A stretch of DNA of 62,669 bases, counting the filler, from Globobulimina sp. (Eukaryota), in assembly GCA_003354225.1 (NCBI GenBank). It is 44 parts of 44 records of this genome, joined end to end, with 100 filler letters (N's around TTAATTAATTAA, not from the genome) between each part and the next. Parts side by side here need not be neighbours in the genome. Positions count along the whole stretch, not along the records: positions 61,345 to 62,669 come from PIVH01018614.1; 43 more parts are not named here. One strand, written 5' to 3'. Shown here piece after piece: positions 61,728 through 62,669 of the stretch. How positions within the stretch are numbered: the stretch's first letter is position 1; every line of letters starts with the position of its first letter. Below the pieces are notes generated by a model. The model searched no databases. It saw nothing but the letters and a program-made list of their open reading frames with translations, and was not told the DNA's origin. A program made the position numbers and the translations under genes.

Positions 61728-62189
61728 ATGAAATCTACATTTCTGGTTTTCAATTATTTTTTGGTTGTATTATTTGCTGAATGGAAAGCATTTGGACCGT
61801 TCAAACATGGTACGAGACTTTGGACCGGTGCCACCCAGACAGCATGTCAACAATTGAATGGTATAGCTATTGGTCCATGGTGTTATGTTAAAGAAGAAGT
61901 CTATCATTCAAAAATAATTTATGGACCATTTTGTTATGAAGGAGATTGTTTTTTGGGTGAAGGAGCACACTTTTGTCGAATGATTAATGGTGTTGATATT
62001 GCAGGTATTTGGTGTATTGGTGATGCATCAGCACCAAAAACATCTGATAGCAAATCAAATAACACCAGTACTAGTATAATTATTGCAATTATTTGTGGTT
62101 TGTTTGTTTCATTTACATGTATTGGTTTATTCATTTATTGGAGTTGTAAAGAAAAGAAGTCAACAGTACAAAATCCATCTGCCATTTGA
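61728..62189 (+). CDS. Small type-I membrane protein with two internal Cys/Trp repeats
   Basis: Signal peptide; repeats (F/Y)GPF...GA..C..(L/I)NG..I..WC; TM followed by CKEKK. Confidence 0.7.
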   Translation: MKSTFLVFNYFLVVLFAEWKAFGPFKHGTRLWTGATQTACQQLNGIAIGPWCYVKEEVYHSKIIYGPFCYEGDCFLGEGAHFCRMINGVDIAGIWCIGDASAPKTSDSKSNNTSTSIIIAIICGLFVSFTCIGLFIYWSCKEKKSTVQNPSAI

Positions 62190-62669
62190 TTTGTATTTTT
62201 GCATTTGTGATAAATGTGTCACATCTGAATTTGCTGATTTTTGTTGTTGTTGTTAGTTGAATTTGAATTTGAATTTCATGGCAACTTATCGTAATATGCA
62301 TTTTTGCTTTATCGTAATATGAGTTATACGACTCAATCACAAAAAAGACATTTCAAACAAAATGAAAAATGTAATAAAACGGCAGCAAATACATTACAGT
62401 CGTTTATGTCACAAGTGCGTAAAATCATAAATTTATGATCATGCTATAATTCGACTGTCGGTTTTTTTTTATTATTATTGGTGCAGCGTAATAACAATTA
62501 ACTTACTATTAACGCAGCTGAGTGTTGAAATTAATGAAATTCAAAATTACAATTGTTTGTCAGATCACTTTGCAGTCTCATTTGCATTATTTGCATTGCG
62601 TACAAAATCAAATGTATTCAAGTATTTATTTATATCAAATCCTTTTGGATTGGCATTAAATTCCTTGAC

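Overview
This window is not one locus. It joins 44 unrelated contigs of about 1,325-1,328 bp, sorted by length, with an artificial 100-bp spacer (44 N + TTAATTAATTAA + 44 N). Neighbourhoods are therefore only meaningful within a contig, and ORF-track entries that run into X/LIN end at the spacer. Most contigs are AT-rich eukaryotic nuclear DNA in the standard code, with 50-150 nt introns (often GTT.. donors) and very short intergenic gaps. I infer a protist, most plausibly a foraminiferan or other rhizarian, but cannot prove it here. Recognisable genes include gamma-tubulin, a UBE2D/E-type E2, a MYCBP2-type RING-Cys-relay E3, XPC/Rad4, an ABCC transporter, a DH-PH-FYVE RhoGEF, an ACAD10/11-type phosphotransferase, PDCD2L, two PPR proteins, a dual-specificity phosphatase, a kinase, a lipase, an MBOAT and a DMT transporter. 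Mobile DNA includes four decayed non-LTR fragments, a Ty3/Gypsy gag, a Ty3/Gypsy integrase, a DIRS-type RNase H and a three-copy MITE-like repeat. One contig looks bacterial (Bacteroidota-type lipoprotein locus). The most notable items are (1) a divergent Polinton/Maverick (adintovirus-like) major capsid gene overlapping an adenain-type protease gene (58493-59818) and (2) a 64-nt miniature tRNA-like cloverleaf that can present a UCA anticodon (5754-5817). All family calls come from motif recognition, not database searches.
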